Shown in pieces: positions 9,309 to 19,967 of a DNA stretch of 64,000 bases. The stretch is from a virus. Location of the stretch: positions 32,001-96,000 of IMG/VR virus record IMGVR_UViG_3300021963_000029. One strand, 5' to 3'. The translations under genes and the position numbers were made by a program. A model generated the notes under the pieces. That model had not been told where the DNA came from. It saw only the letters and a program-made list of their open reading frames with translations, and did not search any database. Each line of letters opens with the position of its first letter. Positions within the stretch are counted from its first letter, which is position 1.

Positions 9309-10688
9309 TTAAACTTCCCCAAAGGGATTTATTTCAGTAAAATCTATAATTTCATCTGCTTCTTCTTCTATCTCATCATTATTATCATAAGAGGGTTCTT
9401 GTAACTCATATACTTTATATCCCCCTATAATATAGATAGCACTAGATGCTGCTCCAACTACTACATCTCCAGGAACAAAATCAGTTCCCATTCCAGAAAC
9501 TTTTAATTGCTTTGTAGAAGAACTCCAGTTTTTAACTATCCCTATTGCTCCAGATAAAGATCCAGAAACTCTTTCTCCTACAATATAATTTCCAGATGCT
9601 ACTGTTGATCCTGCTGAAATTGTAATTGTTGGAGCAACACTATATCCAGCACCAGCATTTATAATTCTTATTGTTGATATCCCACCACTTGCATTTAAGA
9701 ATGCTCTTGCTGTTGCAGTTGTACCTCCTGAAACTGGAGATGAAAAAGTTACTGTTGGTTCTGATGTATATCCAGTTCCAACATAAGTTAAGGTAACTAT
9801 GCCTATGCTACTTAAACTTGTAACTATGCCAACATCAACAGATGCTCCATATCCGTTGCCACCAAAAAAAGAAACAGAAGGAACTGTAGTATACCCAAAT
9901 CCAGGATTATCTATGTAGACTTTATCTAAACTTTTAGTAGCAGTTAATCCTCTTGCCTGAGTCATGACACCAGCCAACTGTCCTCTTTGTCCCGATGTTG
10001 GCGCATCCACTACTATTGATGGAGTTGAATTAAATCTATATCCTCCAGAGATGACATTAGCATATTGAATACCACCTTGAACTAATCCAGTATATGCTGT
10101 TGCAGTTATACCTAACCCAGATAAAGTAAGAACTGCTCCATAACCAATATCTTTTAATGCATAATCAACTTCAGGAACTCCAGTAGTTATTTCTTCATCC
10201 TCATATTCAAATAGTTCACATCTTAAATCATAAACATAATTTTTTTGAAGTTGGAAAAATGGTTTTCTATTTTCTACATACTTAATTTCCATTAAACTAT
10301 CAGATAATGGAATATAAATTAAATCCCCCTCTAAAGGTCTTGTATAATTTTCAAATCCATCGCTACTATTTTGAAGTAAAGACGCAATATAAGTATCAAA
10401 TCTTTCTTTTGATACTATTAAATTCATCTCATCAGTTATTCTTACTCCAAATTTTGACATTAATATAGAATTATTATCAAACCCTTCATAATTAACTAGA
10501 TAAGCTTCAATTGGAAATGCGTTATTAAATTTTGAATATAAGGCATCTTTAATTACAACACCTTTAGATACTATTTTTCTTGGTAAATAATATACTTCAA
10601 TTCCATACATCTTCAACTGCTCATTAATAAGATCTTGGATAAGACCTTGTTCTCCTGAAGTTCCTTGGATGAAAAATGGGTTTAACAT
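9309..10688 (-). CDS. gp14: Neck protein (gp14-like)
   Basis: MLNPFF.QG...EQ.LIQDLINEQLKMYG.EVYYLPR; EGDLIY.P; Y.LRCELFEYEDE. Confidence 0.93.
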   Translation of the reverse strand: MLNPFFIQGTSGEQGLIQDLINEQLKMYGIEVYYLPRKIVSKGVVIKDALYSKFNNAFPIEAYLVNYEGFDNNSILMSKFGVRITDEMNLIVSKERFDTYIASLLQNSSDGFENYTRPLEGDLIYIPLSDSLMEIKYVENRKPFFQLQKNYVYDLRCELFEYEDEEITTGVPEVDYALKDIGYGAVLTLSGLGITATAYTGLVQGGIQYANVISGGYRFNSTPSIVVDAPTSGQRGQLAGVMTQARGLTATKSLDKVYIDNPGFGYTTVPSVSFFGGNGYGASVDVGIVTSLSSIGIVTLTYVGTGYTSEPTVTFSSPVSGGTTATARAFLNASGGISTIRIINAGAGYSVAPTITISAGSTVASGNYIVGERVSGSLSGAIGIVKNWSSSTKQLKVSGMGTDFVPGDVVVGAASSAIYIIGGYKVYELQEPSYDNNDEIEEEADEIIDFTEINPFGEV

Positions 10689-10689
10689 A

Positions 10690-11520
10690 TTATCCTATCA
10701 GATCCATTGGTGGAAGTTCATAAGTAATCATCATTTGATCTTCTATTGCCTGTAGTTCTTTAACTGCATCATCATATATCTGTCTTCCATTAAGTTCTAT
10801 ACCACCAGGAAGTTTGACTCCTTGGAACTTAATTAAATTTTGTCCCCATTGTTTTTTAATTAATGAAGTTAAGTACTTCTTTAAAAATGAATCATTATAA
10901 ACTTTAGTAAACTCAGTTGGGTTTAAAATTCTGTAGCACTCAATTAAAAGATAATCATCTTCTTTTAATGTGTCCCAATTAGTATCAATGTAAAGTCTAT
11001 TTTGTCTCTTGTTAAACCTTATTTGCCTTTCTGGTCTAATGATCCAATCAATATCTTCAAGATATCTTTTAGTAACAAAATAGTTCAACATTTCAGTTGA
11101 ACTAAACCAGTAAATGTCATTTAAAAATAGTTGATAGTTTACATTGAACAGACCAGAAGATATTGTTCTATTATCTACTTTAAATATTCTTTCAACCCCA
11201 ATAACTGGATCTGGAACTTGAATATAATTGCTATTTTCTTCCCACTCAAAAGTTCCAATGTTAGAACTTGCTGTAGATATTTCTACATCTAAATCATTTC
11301 CAGGTGCTTTTGATTTTCCTCTTTCTATATCGTCTTTAGTAACTTTATATTTCATGAACATTTTTTCAACACCATCAAAATGCCTTTCATTGAACAATTG
11401 AAGGGCATCATCAACCAAGTCATCAAGTTGCTCTTCTGCAATGTTGATTTCCAATACAGGAGCACCAAGTTTTCTTAAACAATAATCAATTAATTCTTGT
11501 CTTGATGCTGGTTTTGCCAT
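10690..11520 (-). CDS. gp13: Neck / head-completion protein (gp13-like)
   Basis: MAKPASRQELIDYCLRKLGAPVLEIN...KKQWGQNLIKF.GV.LPGG..LNG. Confidence 0.95.
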   Translation of the reverse strand: MAKPASRQELIDYCLRKLGAPVLEINIAEEQLDDLVDDALQLFNERHFDGVEKMFMKYKVTKDDIERGKSKAPGNDLDVEISTASSNIGTFEWEENSNYIQVPDPVIGVERIFKVDNRTISSGLFNVNYQLFLNDIYWFSSTEMLNYFVTKRYLEDIDWIIRPERQIRFNKRQNRLYIDTNWDTLKEDDYLLIECYRILNPTEFTKVYNDSFLKKYLTSLIKKQWGQNLIKFQGVKLPGGIELNGRQIYDDAVKELQAIEDQMMITYELPPMDLIG

Positions 11521-11537
11521 TATTCTAGATTTTCTAA

Positions 11538-11723
11538 TTATTTAGAACCAAAAGGTTCTACTAAAGAAATAAGTGTTTCTTGCTGTTTAAAATAAAGTTT
11601 AACATAGCATTTGCAAATATCTTTCAAATGATCCATATCAGTGCAACTATCAATTTCTCTTGAAAGTTTTTCAAACTCAAACATTTTTGCTACACTTTCA
11701 AGTTCTAACTTTTCATGATTCAT
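11538..11723 (-). CDS. Small helical protein, NblA-like (phycobilisome degradation adaptor candidate)
   Basis: 61 aa helix-loop-helix pattern LELES..K.FEFEKLSREID...LKDICK.YVKLY.KQQE loosely matching the NblA hydrophobic pattern. Confidence 0.45.
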   Translation of the reverse strand: MNHEKLELESVAKMFEFEKLSREIDSCTDMDHLKDICKCYVKLYFKQQETLISLVEPFGSK

Positions 11724-11943
11724 AAAGTTTCCTCAATAAATGCTTTATTTCATTGATAGAAGATTTTAAGTCTTCTATATCAGACTCTATATTAGAGATC
11801 TTTTTTTGTTCTTCTTTTTTTCGTTCTCTTATTTTAATATACTGTTCAGATGCTTTAAAATCTGTATTGATAATTGCATTAGTGGAAAGATCTCTCAATA
11901 AATGAGGATATCCTTCCACCTTAGCATATTTTGGAGTTTCCAT
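11713..11943 (-). CDS. Conserved cyanophage hypothetical protein with coiled-coil C-terminus
   Basis: KVEGYPHLLRD..TNAIINTD plus heptad C-terminus; coupled to the upstream gene. Confidence 0.7.
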   Translation of the reverse strand: METPKYAKVEGYPHLLRDLSTNAIINTDFKASEQYIKIRERKKEEQKKISNIESDIEDLKSSINEIKHLLRKLYES

Positions 11944-14900
11944 TATGCTAATGCAATTGCTCTGAGTTGTTTGATGACTGGAGGAATTGCTTGATTAGTG
12001 GTTGTGGCAACTATCTTAATTGCAAATCCAGTGAATGTTGGTAGATCATCAACTGTAAAGGTATATTCTCTAAATTGATCTTCTAAACTACTTGGGACAT
12101 TTACATCAGATCTTCCATCATTATCATCAGAATCAATAACATTACCATTTACATCTAAATTATTGTATCCTGGGAAAAGTTCCCAAACTTGATCTTCATC
12201 TGGAACATCAGTTCTGTAAATCTTATAAAGCATTCTGATATCAGAAGCAGCCTCTCTAAAGCAAGAAATATATGCTTTAATAGATGTTGCACTTTGTGCT
12301 AGATTAATTTTTTTACTAATATATGCAAATGCATGAGGATCATCTATGTTAGAATTTACTCTAGAATCTGCTGCATAAGAAGTTATTCCCACAGGTTGAT
12401 TAATTCTATATCCTTCTACATCAACATAAAGTTGATCTAGATCAATAATTGGAGAAACTTTGGAATCATCAGTGTCTAAAATTAACTCTAGAGTTAAAGA
12501 TTTTTGTCCTTCAAATAAAGTTGAGTTTAAGAATTGAGTTTCATTAGTTTTAGAAAGAACTGATCTAATTGTTTTAAATGTATTTTTCTTAACTGGATCA
12601 ATAGAAGTAAATCCTTGATCAACAAAAGCAGATTCAGTTCCATCTACACTTTGCTCAGATACAGTTCTGACAGTTGCAGACACTGATGTTTTATTTGGAA
12701 TAGTGATTAAATTTTCTCCAAAAGTTAGTGCACTGTAATTAATATTTCTTCCAGCATACACATTAGACCCACCACCAAATTTAGCAGAACCAAAAGTGCT
12801 TCCTGCTGATACTTGAATATGATAATCTCCAACTGTTGGTTTTGGATTTGTTTCAATGGTATGAGTAGTATTAATCTTAGTTAATGGGACATTATTAAAT
12901 TCATACTTATAAATTAGTGAATTAATTGGATGTGGAAGAGATGCTGTGCCATCTTGAGATCTAGTTATATTTGCAAGTGAGTTTGCAGTAACTGTAGTAT
13001 ACTTAATGATTTCTCCATTCATCCAAGCATATCCTGGATTTCCTGCTCCAACCACAGAACCATCATAAGTTCCAAATCCAGTTGAGCTGGCAATACTAAT
13101 TGATCCAGTATCAGTTGCCCCATATGCAACTGTAATTTTTGTAGGAATCGAATCTGGTTGAACTCCTACTATTTGTACTTTTTCTCCAGGAGAATACATT
13201 CCATGATCTTGATGGTCAATACGAAGATATCTTCCATTATTATATAAAGATGCACTTGTAGATAAAGAATAAATTGGATTTTCTGCTAGTTTATTTTCAG
13301 GTCTAATTATATTTTGTGGTGAGTTATACAACTTAACAGTACCACCATCAGTTATAAAATTAGCCCTTCTTATGGTAAACTTAAGGTCATCTTCTTGGCT
13401 TGGAGTCCAAGTACTTCCATTCTGTGCTTTAAACATGACCCCCATGGAGGGTTGTTTATTGATGATTACTTTTCCAATTTCTTTATTTTGGGCAGTTGAT
13501 ATTTCAACTTCTCCCATTCTAGAATGCCAAACCAAATAACTTGGAGAGTCTGAAACTAAAACTAATGCATATTCTTTACCCCCCTCCAATCTCACTAGTT
13601 TATCAAATGTAAATGTGGTTGCTACTGATGCATTTGAACTTGTTTTGACTTGTGATGGTAGTAAAACTTTTTGCAGTCCTGGAACTACTTTATCTGGACC
13701 ACCTGGATACCCATTAACAACTTCTCGAATTTGCAGTTCCACAGGTATTGATGCATCTTTATCTGCAAAGAAAATGTCAACTGAGGTTGGAACCATACCA
13801 ACTTCATCATTAACTAAGAAAGTTTGTGCAAGAGGATCATAGTATACAATGTAGTATGGTTGAATAATAGTTCCCTTGGATGTGAAAATATTATTTGCCT
13901 GACTAGTTACTTCGCCAGGAACCCCTACAGGATCTTTTTGAGTTGTAATCTTAGCAGTTGTAGTTCCAGTTCTAAATTGATTTTTACCAGTCCAAAGAGA
14001 CCCAACTACTGTTCCATTTTCATCTGAAATTAATCTATTATCAGAAATCTTTGCACTTGCTTTACTAGTTTGTCCATATACCCTATACCCAGTATTAACA
14101 TTACCCCAGAAATCTCCTAAATTTTGAGCAGTTAATGCCTCAGTGTCAACATTCAGTATGGTAGATTGTGGACCATATAAGGATGAAATACCAACAGTTG
14201 GAATGTATGGATTGATGTTATATTTAAATTCTGGATTAGTAATAGGTCCAGACTTATGATTAGGAACACAAATTCTAAATTGAGATGCAAGTGTTCCAGC
14301 AGAATCATAAGCAAGAACAGTTTCTCCTGGTTGGAATGTTCCAGTAACTTCAGTAATTTCTAATAATTTAGGGAATACAAATGACCCTGGTGACACTGCA
14401 TCAGATCCACTCACAACTTTAGCATCAAATAGATATTTAAATCTTGTATTTGGTTTTAGTCTAGTTGCTACGAATGAAATATTTCTTGGTCTAATGTAAG
14501 CTTCATACCCAGCAACATATTCTCCCCAAACAGTTCTATTCCCACCACCTCTAACACTTCCAGCATATACTGGAGGTCTTCTTACTGTCCAAGTATCTAT
14601 TTTTGGACTTAATTCTAAGTTTCCATCCCAGGTTACAATGTCAAAAGGATTGACACTTACAACTCTACTTGCAAAAGCTTGTTTAATATACTCTACTTCA
14701 GTGTATCTAAGACTAATAGTTTTTCCAACCCTAGAAACATTTACTGATGAAGTGTCACTTATATTGATTTGTGAAGGAGAAACTGATGAATCTGCACTAT
14801 ATAAACTCAAATCAACTCTAGCATTGTATACTACAGGAGATAAAGTCTCATTTTCTATGGTAGATGAAACTGCACTTTGTGCATCAACTGAGGATGTATC

Positions 14901-17900
14901 TACAAAATTATCAACAAAGAATCCAGACTTAAATCTGTTTAATCCATTGCTATCTTCAACATTTAAACTTTCTGTAGATAATTCTAATAAAGAAAGTGAA
15001 GTATAATATTCTAAGAAACCTACCCTATCTTCTAGATCTCTAAGATCTGCCATTGTATATCTCTTATTGTCTGTGACAATAATTTTTACTTGAGTAGAAT
15101 CTTCAATATTGTAAACATAAGGAGATGCTATAATTTCAGCAACATCTAATACTTCAGGAGAAATTTCTGGAGATATTGGAATTTCACTTGGCTCCCCAAA
15201 AACTATGTTAAAATTTCCTTCTCTATCTAGAGTTAATCTATCTCTTCTGCCAAGATAAAAATCATAATCAAATACAACACTTTCATCTGAAGCTAAAACT
15301 TGTGTTGCATTTGCTCCAGATGTTGCAAATGACCTTGAACTAAACTCAAAAGGACTTAATGCAGAAGCGTCACTATAATCTCCAACTCTAGGTCTAACAT
15401 CTATAATGTCTGTATTTCTAATCCCATCATATGATGGGATTTTTGTGCCATATAGTGAATTTAAATAACTATTGTTGGTAATTAAATCTCCGGAATCAAC
15501 AGAATCAAAAGTAAATTTATCAAAATAAACTTTCAGTCTTCCAGCTGGTTCTTGTGCCCCAGGTTTTCTGACCAATCTTCCATAATCATAATAATTTTTT
15601 CTTTGTCCATTATCAATAATGTAGTTATTAATAATATTTCTGTCCCCTGCATTTACAGTATCAACAATAGCAGTGTACTTAGTCTCAGTAAATGTAATTT
15701 TTTCAGATACAGAGAAAGTTTGTGGAGTTTTATATGCTAAGTATATTTGAGATGAAGCTTTTAATTGAATATAAACTGCAACAGCACCACTTTCTTCCCC
15801 AATCAAATGCTCTCCTAAAATAAGTTCTGAGGCATTTGAGGATGGACTAGTTAATTCAGTTAAAGAAATCCAAGGAACTTGAGGATCTCCATTTCCAGAT
15901 GATTCATAAATTGCATGAACTTCTACGATATCTGGAGAATCTAGACTAATTTGATCATCATCTACTCTTGTTCCATAAACTTGACTATAACTTAATCCAG
16001 CAGATCTTGATGGAGTGTATTTTGTTCTGATTACATTAATAGAATTACATCTACTATACTGCTTTTTCTTAGCACTTACATTAGATTTAATTTGTGTTGA
16101 AATTACTGTGCAAGGACCTGCTGTTGCACTTAGATTAGTAAATGTGCCGCCTTTACCTCCACTAGTTAAAGTTAATGTAGCTGTGGATAGATTTTCTATA
16201 GTTCCATTTGCATTAACTATGACATATCTTTCTTCATCAAATGGAGCATATACATAATCAGTCCCAGACAAACTTGGTAGTGTTAATGAAGTGCTTGTCT
16301 TTGTTACTGAGGTGTTTTGCCTCTTTACATAAGCATTTGAATTTTCTAAATTTACATTAGCAATATTTGAATTTGCTAATTTATTGTATAAAGTAGAATT
16401 TTCTGGTCTATCAATTGTTGGTTTGAGAATATTTATTGTTTGTAATGTGTATGTACCTACACCAACATTACCATTACAAACATTAGTTACTGTTGATACT
16501 CCAGTTAAACATATTTGATTTCTTGATGGTGTAAATGCTACAACTCTAGCAAAAACTTCTTGAGTAACTCCATTTGGTTGAAATGCAAGAACATCATCTA
16601 GTTTTACTTGACTTGGCCATGCAGATCCATTTGATCTTGAAATAGTTACAATTCCTACTGTTGCAACTCCAACAATTGCATTAAATGGTCCATTTAGTGT
16701 AATTCTATTTGATAAAACAGTATCTGCAACAAATCCTAAACCATCAGATACTGATTTAACATCTGCAATAGAATAATCTGTAACTGTTCCAATTACACCA
16801 GTAGTGCTACTAATTCCATTAATTACTAAATTTTCATTGCTGACAAATTTTCCAGATACTTGATATAATGATAAATTAGTATTTCCAGCAGTTATTGCTC
16901 TTAAATATCCTGAAGCTCCACTACTAGATCCTTGAATGTATGCCCCAACAAAAATATTAGTTAATGGAATTTGTGTTATTAAATTTGTAAAAGTTTGAAC
17001 ATCAAATAATTTTAAATTAAATTGACTTGCTGGACTTTCATATGAAGTATTGTGATGTTCATAATCATAAACTCTAGCATAACCAATGACGGAAGTTGTA
17101 ACTGCTACATTATCTTCTAATCTTCTTGAATATAAAGATACAGTACCAGTTGTGGTTAATCCTATTTTTGGAGATGATTGTACATTGTTTACTCTTAGTA
17201 AATCCCCTCCATTAAAAACTACTGAGGAAGACTCTACTCTCTTTGTTGTTCTTGGTTTTTCCCAATCAACAACAGTATCATAGTTTACAACCTCATAACC
17301 TTTAACATAAGATTTTCCTGGAGAAATTTGTATTAGTCCAAGATCTTGCGATGGAATTGATCCATCAGATGTTTTTTGGTTTTCTGAATATACTCCTTTA
17401 TAGAAAACTCCATCGTTTAAAGAATCAACTGCCTTTACATTGTAAGGTTTTAAACTATAATTTCCAGATTCATCAAAAGTTCTTCTAGCTAAAACATCAG
17501 TTATGAAAGATCCTGTTGTTTCTTGTTTAATTTTTCTAATAATACCATTTTCTACTCTAAACAATTCAATAAAATTATCATCATTTAAATCATCTAATGA
17601 TTTTTTTGCTAAAGTTAATGTGATGGTAAATCTATCTGCTCCTGGAGCAGCATAGTTTGAAAATCCTTGAGCATTATCATTTAGAGAAGGGTCATCATCA
17701 GATGTTACAATATCTTCAGAGATTTCAAGTCCAACTCTATAAGAAGGAGTTGCAGAATATTGCTCTAATATTAATTCTTGAGTTTTTACATCTACAAAAT
17801 AACCTCTTACAAAATAAACACCTTCTTCAATTCTTGCTGCAGTTCCAACTGAAAAGGCAGATCTACCAACAGGGTTTGTAATTTGAAGTATTGGTTCCCC

Positions 17901-18392
17901 TTCAAAAATAAACCCTTGGCCTAATGGAATATCAAAACTTGCAGTCAGTTCTTCGCCTGCTGTAAATAATTCAGTTTCAAAATCATTAGCAGATGAAAGA
18001 TATTTTACATAAATTGTAGTTCTATTTTTTGTAGAATCTGCTGCTTTTATGTAATTAACTACTTTTGCAGTAATCCCACTATCAGATCCTGTTATAATAT
18101 TCCCAACTAAAGTATCTAGATATTCTTCTACATTAATTCCTTTGTAAATGGTTTCAACTTCAACAGAATTGTATACTGGAATATAAGCACAGTTTCCAGG
18201 TATTACTACTCCGCCATTATTGAAAAACTTCTTTCCAAATTTTTCAATTTGATTTTGGAGTATTGACTGTAAAGTTGTTAATTCCCTTGTCTGTACAGTT
18301 ACTCCAGGTTTGAATAAAACTTTGTAGTAATTTTTTGCACTATCAAAGTCATCATAGTATGGAGTCTTGTTTAGGTTTGTACTTTGGGACAT
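11943..18392 (-). CDS. Large virion structural protein, DUF4815 / VrlC-like
   Basis: N-terminus NLN.TPYYDDFD..KNYYKVLFKPG..VQTRELTTLQSILQNQIEKFG; RRTFDESGNY; APGADR. Confidence 0.85.
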   Translation of the reverse strand: MSQSTNLNKTPYYDDFDSAKNYYKVLFKPGVTVQTRELTTLQSILQNQIEKFGKKFFNNGGVVIPGNCAYIPVYNSVEVETIYKGINVEEYLDTLVGNIITGSDSGITAKVVNYIKAADSTKNRTTIYVKYLSSANDFETELFTAGEELTASFDIPLGQGFIFEGEPILQITNPVGRSAFSVGTAARIEEGVYFVRGYFVDVKTQELILEQYSATPSYRVGLEISEDIVTSDDDPSLNDNAQGFSNYAAPGADRFTITLTLAKKSLDDLNDDNFIELFRVENGIIRKIKQETTGSFITDVLARRTFDESGNYSLKPYNVKAVDSLNDGVFYKGVYSENQKTSDGSIPSQDLGLIQISPGKSYVKGYEVVNYDTVVDWEKPRTTKRVESSSVVFNGGDLLRVNNVQSSPKIGLTTTGTVSLYSRRLEDNVAVTTSVIGYARVYDYEHHNTSYESPASQFNLKLFDVQTFTNLITQIPLTNIFVGAYIQGSSSGASGYLRAITAGNTNLSLYQVSGKFVSNENLVINGISSTTGVIGTVTDYSIADVKSVSDGLGFVADTVLSNRITLNGPFNAIVGVATVGIVTISRSNGSAWPSQVKLDDVLAFQPNGVTQEVFARVVAFTPSRNQICLTGVSTVTNVCNGNVGVGTYTLQTINILKPTIDRPENSTLYNKLANSNIANVNLENSNAYVKRQNTSVTKTSTSLTLPSLSGTDYVYAPFDEERYVIVNANGTIENLSTATLTLTSGGKGGTFTNLSATAGPCTVISTQIKSNVSAKKKQYSRCNSINVIRTKYTPSRSAGLSYSQVYGTRVDDDQISLDSPDIVEVHAIYESSGNGDPQVPWISLTELTSPSSNASELILGEHLIGEESGAVAVYIQLKASSQIYLAYKTPQTFSVSEKITFTETKYTAIVDTVNAGDRNIINNYIIDNGQRKNYYDYGRLVRKPGAQEPAGRLKVYFDKFTFDSVDSGDLITNNSYLNSLYGTKIPSYDGIRNTDIIDVRPRVGDYSDASALSPFEFSSRSFATSGANATQVLASDESVVFDYDFYLGRRDRLTLDREGNFNIVFGEPSEIPISPEISPEVLDVAEIIASPYVYNIEDSTQVKIIVTDNKRYTMADLRDLEDRVGFLEYYTSLSLLELSTESLNVEDSNGLNRFKSGFFVDNFVDTSSVDAQSAVSSTIENETLSPVVYNARVDLSLYSADSSVSPSQINISDTSSVNVSRVGKTISLRYTEVEYIKQAFASRVVSVNPFDIVTWDGNLELSPKIDTWTVRRPPVYAGSVRGGGNRTVWGEYVAGYEAYIRPRNISFVATRLKPNTRFKYLFDAKVVSGSDAVSPGSFVFPKLLEITEVTGTFQPGETVLAYDSAGTLASQFRICVPNHKSGPITNPEFKYNINPYIPTVGISSLYGPQSTILNVDTEALTAQNLGDFWGNVNTGYRVYGQTSKASAKISDNRLISDENGTVVGSLWTGKNQFRTGTTTAKITTQKDPVGVPGEVTSQANNIFTSKGTIIQPYYIVYYDPLAQTFLVNDEVGMVPTSVDIFFADKDASIPVELQIREVVNGYPGGPDKVVPGLQKVLLPSQVKTSSNASVATTFTFDKLVRLEGGKEYALVLVSDSPSYLVWHSRMGEVEISTAQNKEIGKVIINKQPSMGVMFKAQNGSTWTPSQEDDLKFTIRRANFITDGGTVKLYNSPQNIIRPENKLAENPIYSLSTSASLYNNGRYLRIDHQDHGMYSPGEKVQIVGVQPDSIPTKITVAYGATDTGSISIASSTGFGTYDGSVVGAGNPGYAWMNGEIIKYTTVTANSLANITRSQDGTASLPHPINSLIYKYEFNNVPLTKINTTHTIETNPKPTVGDYHIQVSAGSTFGSAKFGGGSNVYAGRNINYSALTFGENLITIPNKTSVSATVRTVSEQSVDGTESAFVDQGFTSIDPVKKNTFKTIRSVLSKTNETQFLNSTLFEGQKSLTLELILDTDDSKVSPIIDLDQLYVDVEGYRINQPVGITSYAADSRVNSNIDDPHAFAYISKKINLAQSATSIKAYISCFREAASDIRMLYKIYRTDVPDEDQVWELFPGYNNLDVNGNVIDSDDNDGRSDVNVPSSLEDQFREYTFTVDDLPTFTGFAIKIVATTTNQAIPPVIKQLRAIALA

Positions 18393-18396
18393 GTTC

Positions 18397-19938
18397 TTAG
18401 AATTCTAAAATAATTTTTATATCTTCTCTTTGTTCAGATGATCTGGTAACAGAGGATCTGTTGTCTACATAAAGTATTTCTCCACTCTTGTTATTTATAT
18501 CTGGGCTTGCCAGTCCAGCAGAAAAACTTTGCCCCAGATAATAGTCTACTGTACCAAGAGTTAAAGTAGAACCAGTAAATGTAGTATCAATTGGATATGA
18601 ATTTGAACCAATTACAAAATTTGTTGAATTATCAAATTCATTTTGATCATATGTGCTAGCTGTTTGGATGCCACTATAACTATCGGCATAACTCCAATCT
18701 ATAGTATTAACTGTTCCAACTTGGTATGTATCTACATAATTAGTTCTTGGTTGTATATACCTCAATACTTGAGTTGTAGAATCAAAACTAACTAAAGTTC
18801 CTCTACCATTAGATGAAACTTGAGTAATTTGAGAATCTAATGGCTCTGTTATTGTGGAGGTATTCATTCTTGCACCATAAACCCCAGTTCCACTGCTTTG
18901 AGTAAATGTAGAGTTTGTCCCAAATGATTTAATGTTTCTAACAATCCCAACTCTAGAAAATTGATTCCCTACTATAAAGTCTGGATTTGTAGCATCATTT
19001 TCAATTCTACTATAAATTAAAACTCTAGTTGCTCCAAGTTCATTATAAACATCTTTTCCATGTCCTCCAGGTGGAGGAATAATTACATTAAATACTGCTT
19101 TTTCTCCACTCAAAGAAGGAAGAACTGAGTCTAAATCTAAAGTTGCATATGTATATTCAAGACCACCTGCTGTAACTTGAACTGAAACTGGTTTTGATTC
19201 TTCATCAAATGTTACACTAGCTTCTCCACCAAAACCATCTCCTTTAATTGGGACCCCAGTTAAAGTTCCCACATAGTTATATTGTGCTTGTTTTTCTACT
19301 AAAACTGCTTGAATTTGTCCATTAAATGCATTATCTCTAATTCTGGCAATTTCTGCATTAGTAGTGGTTCCCCAATCATTAGGAACTGCTACGTAATTAG
19401 TAGCATCAAATTTTAAAACATCAGATGGACTTAATGTATATAAGTATTTCCAAACATATCCATCACTTTCTTTTCTTGGGGAAATATCTGTGTGGAGAGG
19501 TTCTTGAGTTGAAATAACCCCTTGGTTTTGGTTTGCAGGGGTTGATCCATTATTAATGCAAATATAAACTCTATAATCTTGATTAATTACATAGTATTGA
19601 GCATCATACAATCTAGTAGCAGAAGCAACTGGAGAAATGTTATACACACTATAATCATGCCTATACATGTCATATTTTCTTCCTGTCACCCATTGAAGTT
19701 TTGGTATGACTCTAATAACATCAGAAGTGTTTATTTTTTTGACACCTAAGATAGTATCTCTGTAAGAATTTAAGTATAAATCATTATCTATTGGAGAAGG
19801 TTGGCTACTATCCCATCCACTGTCAAATGTAATCGCATTAGGAAGTCCCACAAAGACATAATAATTTCCATTAGCAATGTCAGTAATAAAATTATTAGAA
19901 TTCAATAACCTTAATTTATCAGTAACTATCGCTGGCAT
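18397..19938 (-). CDS. gp8: Baseplate wedge subunit (gp8-like)
   Basis: MPAIVTDKLR..N..NF; KYDMYRHDY; DGY.WKYLYT; SGEILYVDNR..VTRS..QREDIKIILEF. Confidence 0.92.
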   Translation of the reverse strand: MPAIVTDKLRLLNSNNFITDIANGNYYVFVGLPNAITFDSGWDSSQPSPIDNDLYLNSYRDTILGVKKINTSDVIRVIPKLQWVTGRKYDMYRHDYSVYNISPVASATRLYDAQYYVINQDYRVYICINNGSTPANQNQGVISTQEPLHTDISPRKESDGYVWKYLYTLSPSDVLKFDATNYVAVPNDWGTTTNAEIARIRDNAFNGQIQAVLVEKQAQYNYVGTLTGVPIKGDGFGGEASVTFDEESKPVSVQVTAGGLEYTYATLDLDSVLPSLSGEKAVFNVIIPPPGGHGKDVYNELGATRVLIYSRIENDATNPDFIVGNQFSRVGIVRNIKSFGTNSTFTQSSGTGVYGARMNTSTITEPLDSQITQVSSNGRGTLVSFDSTTQVLRYIQPRTNYVDTYQVGTVNTIDWSYADSYSGIQTASTYDQNEFDNSTNFVIGSNSYPIDTTFTGSTLTLGTVDYYLGQSFSAGLASPDINNKSGEILYVDNRSSVTRSSEQREDIKIILEF

Positions 19939-19959
19939 TTGTTTTTGCTACTTTAATTT

Positions 19960-19967
19960 TATTTATT
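19960..19967 (-). promoter_or_regulatory. Late promoter AATAAATA upstream of gp8
   Basis: NATAAATA motif in an intergenic gap; equivalents at 23080-23087, 33770-33777, 47488-47495 and 59803-59810. Confidence 0.7.
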
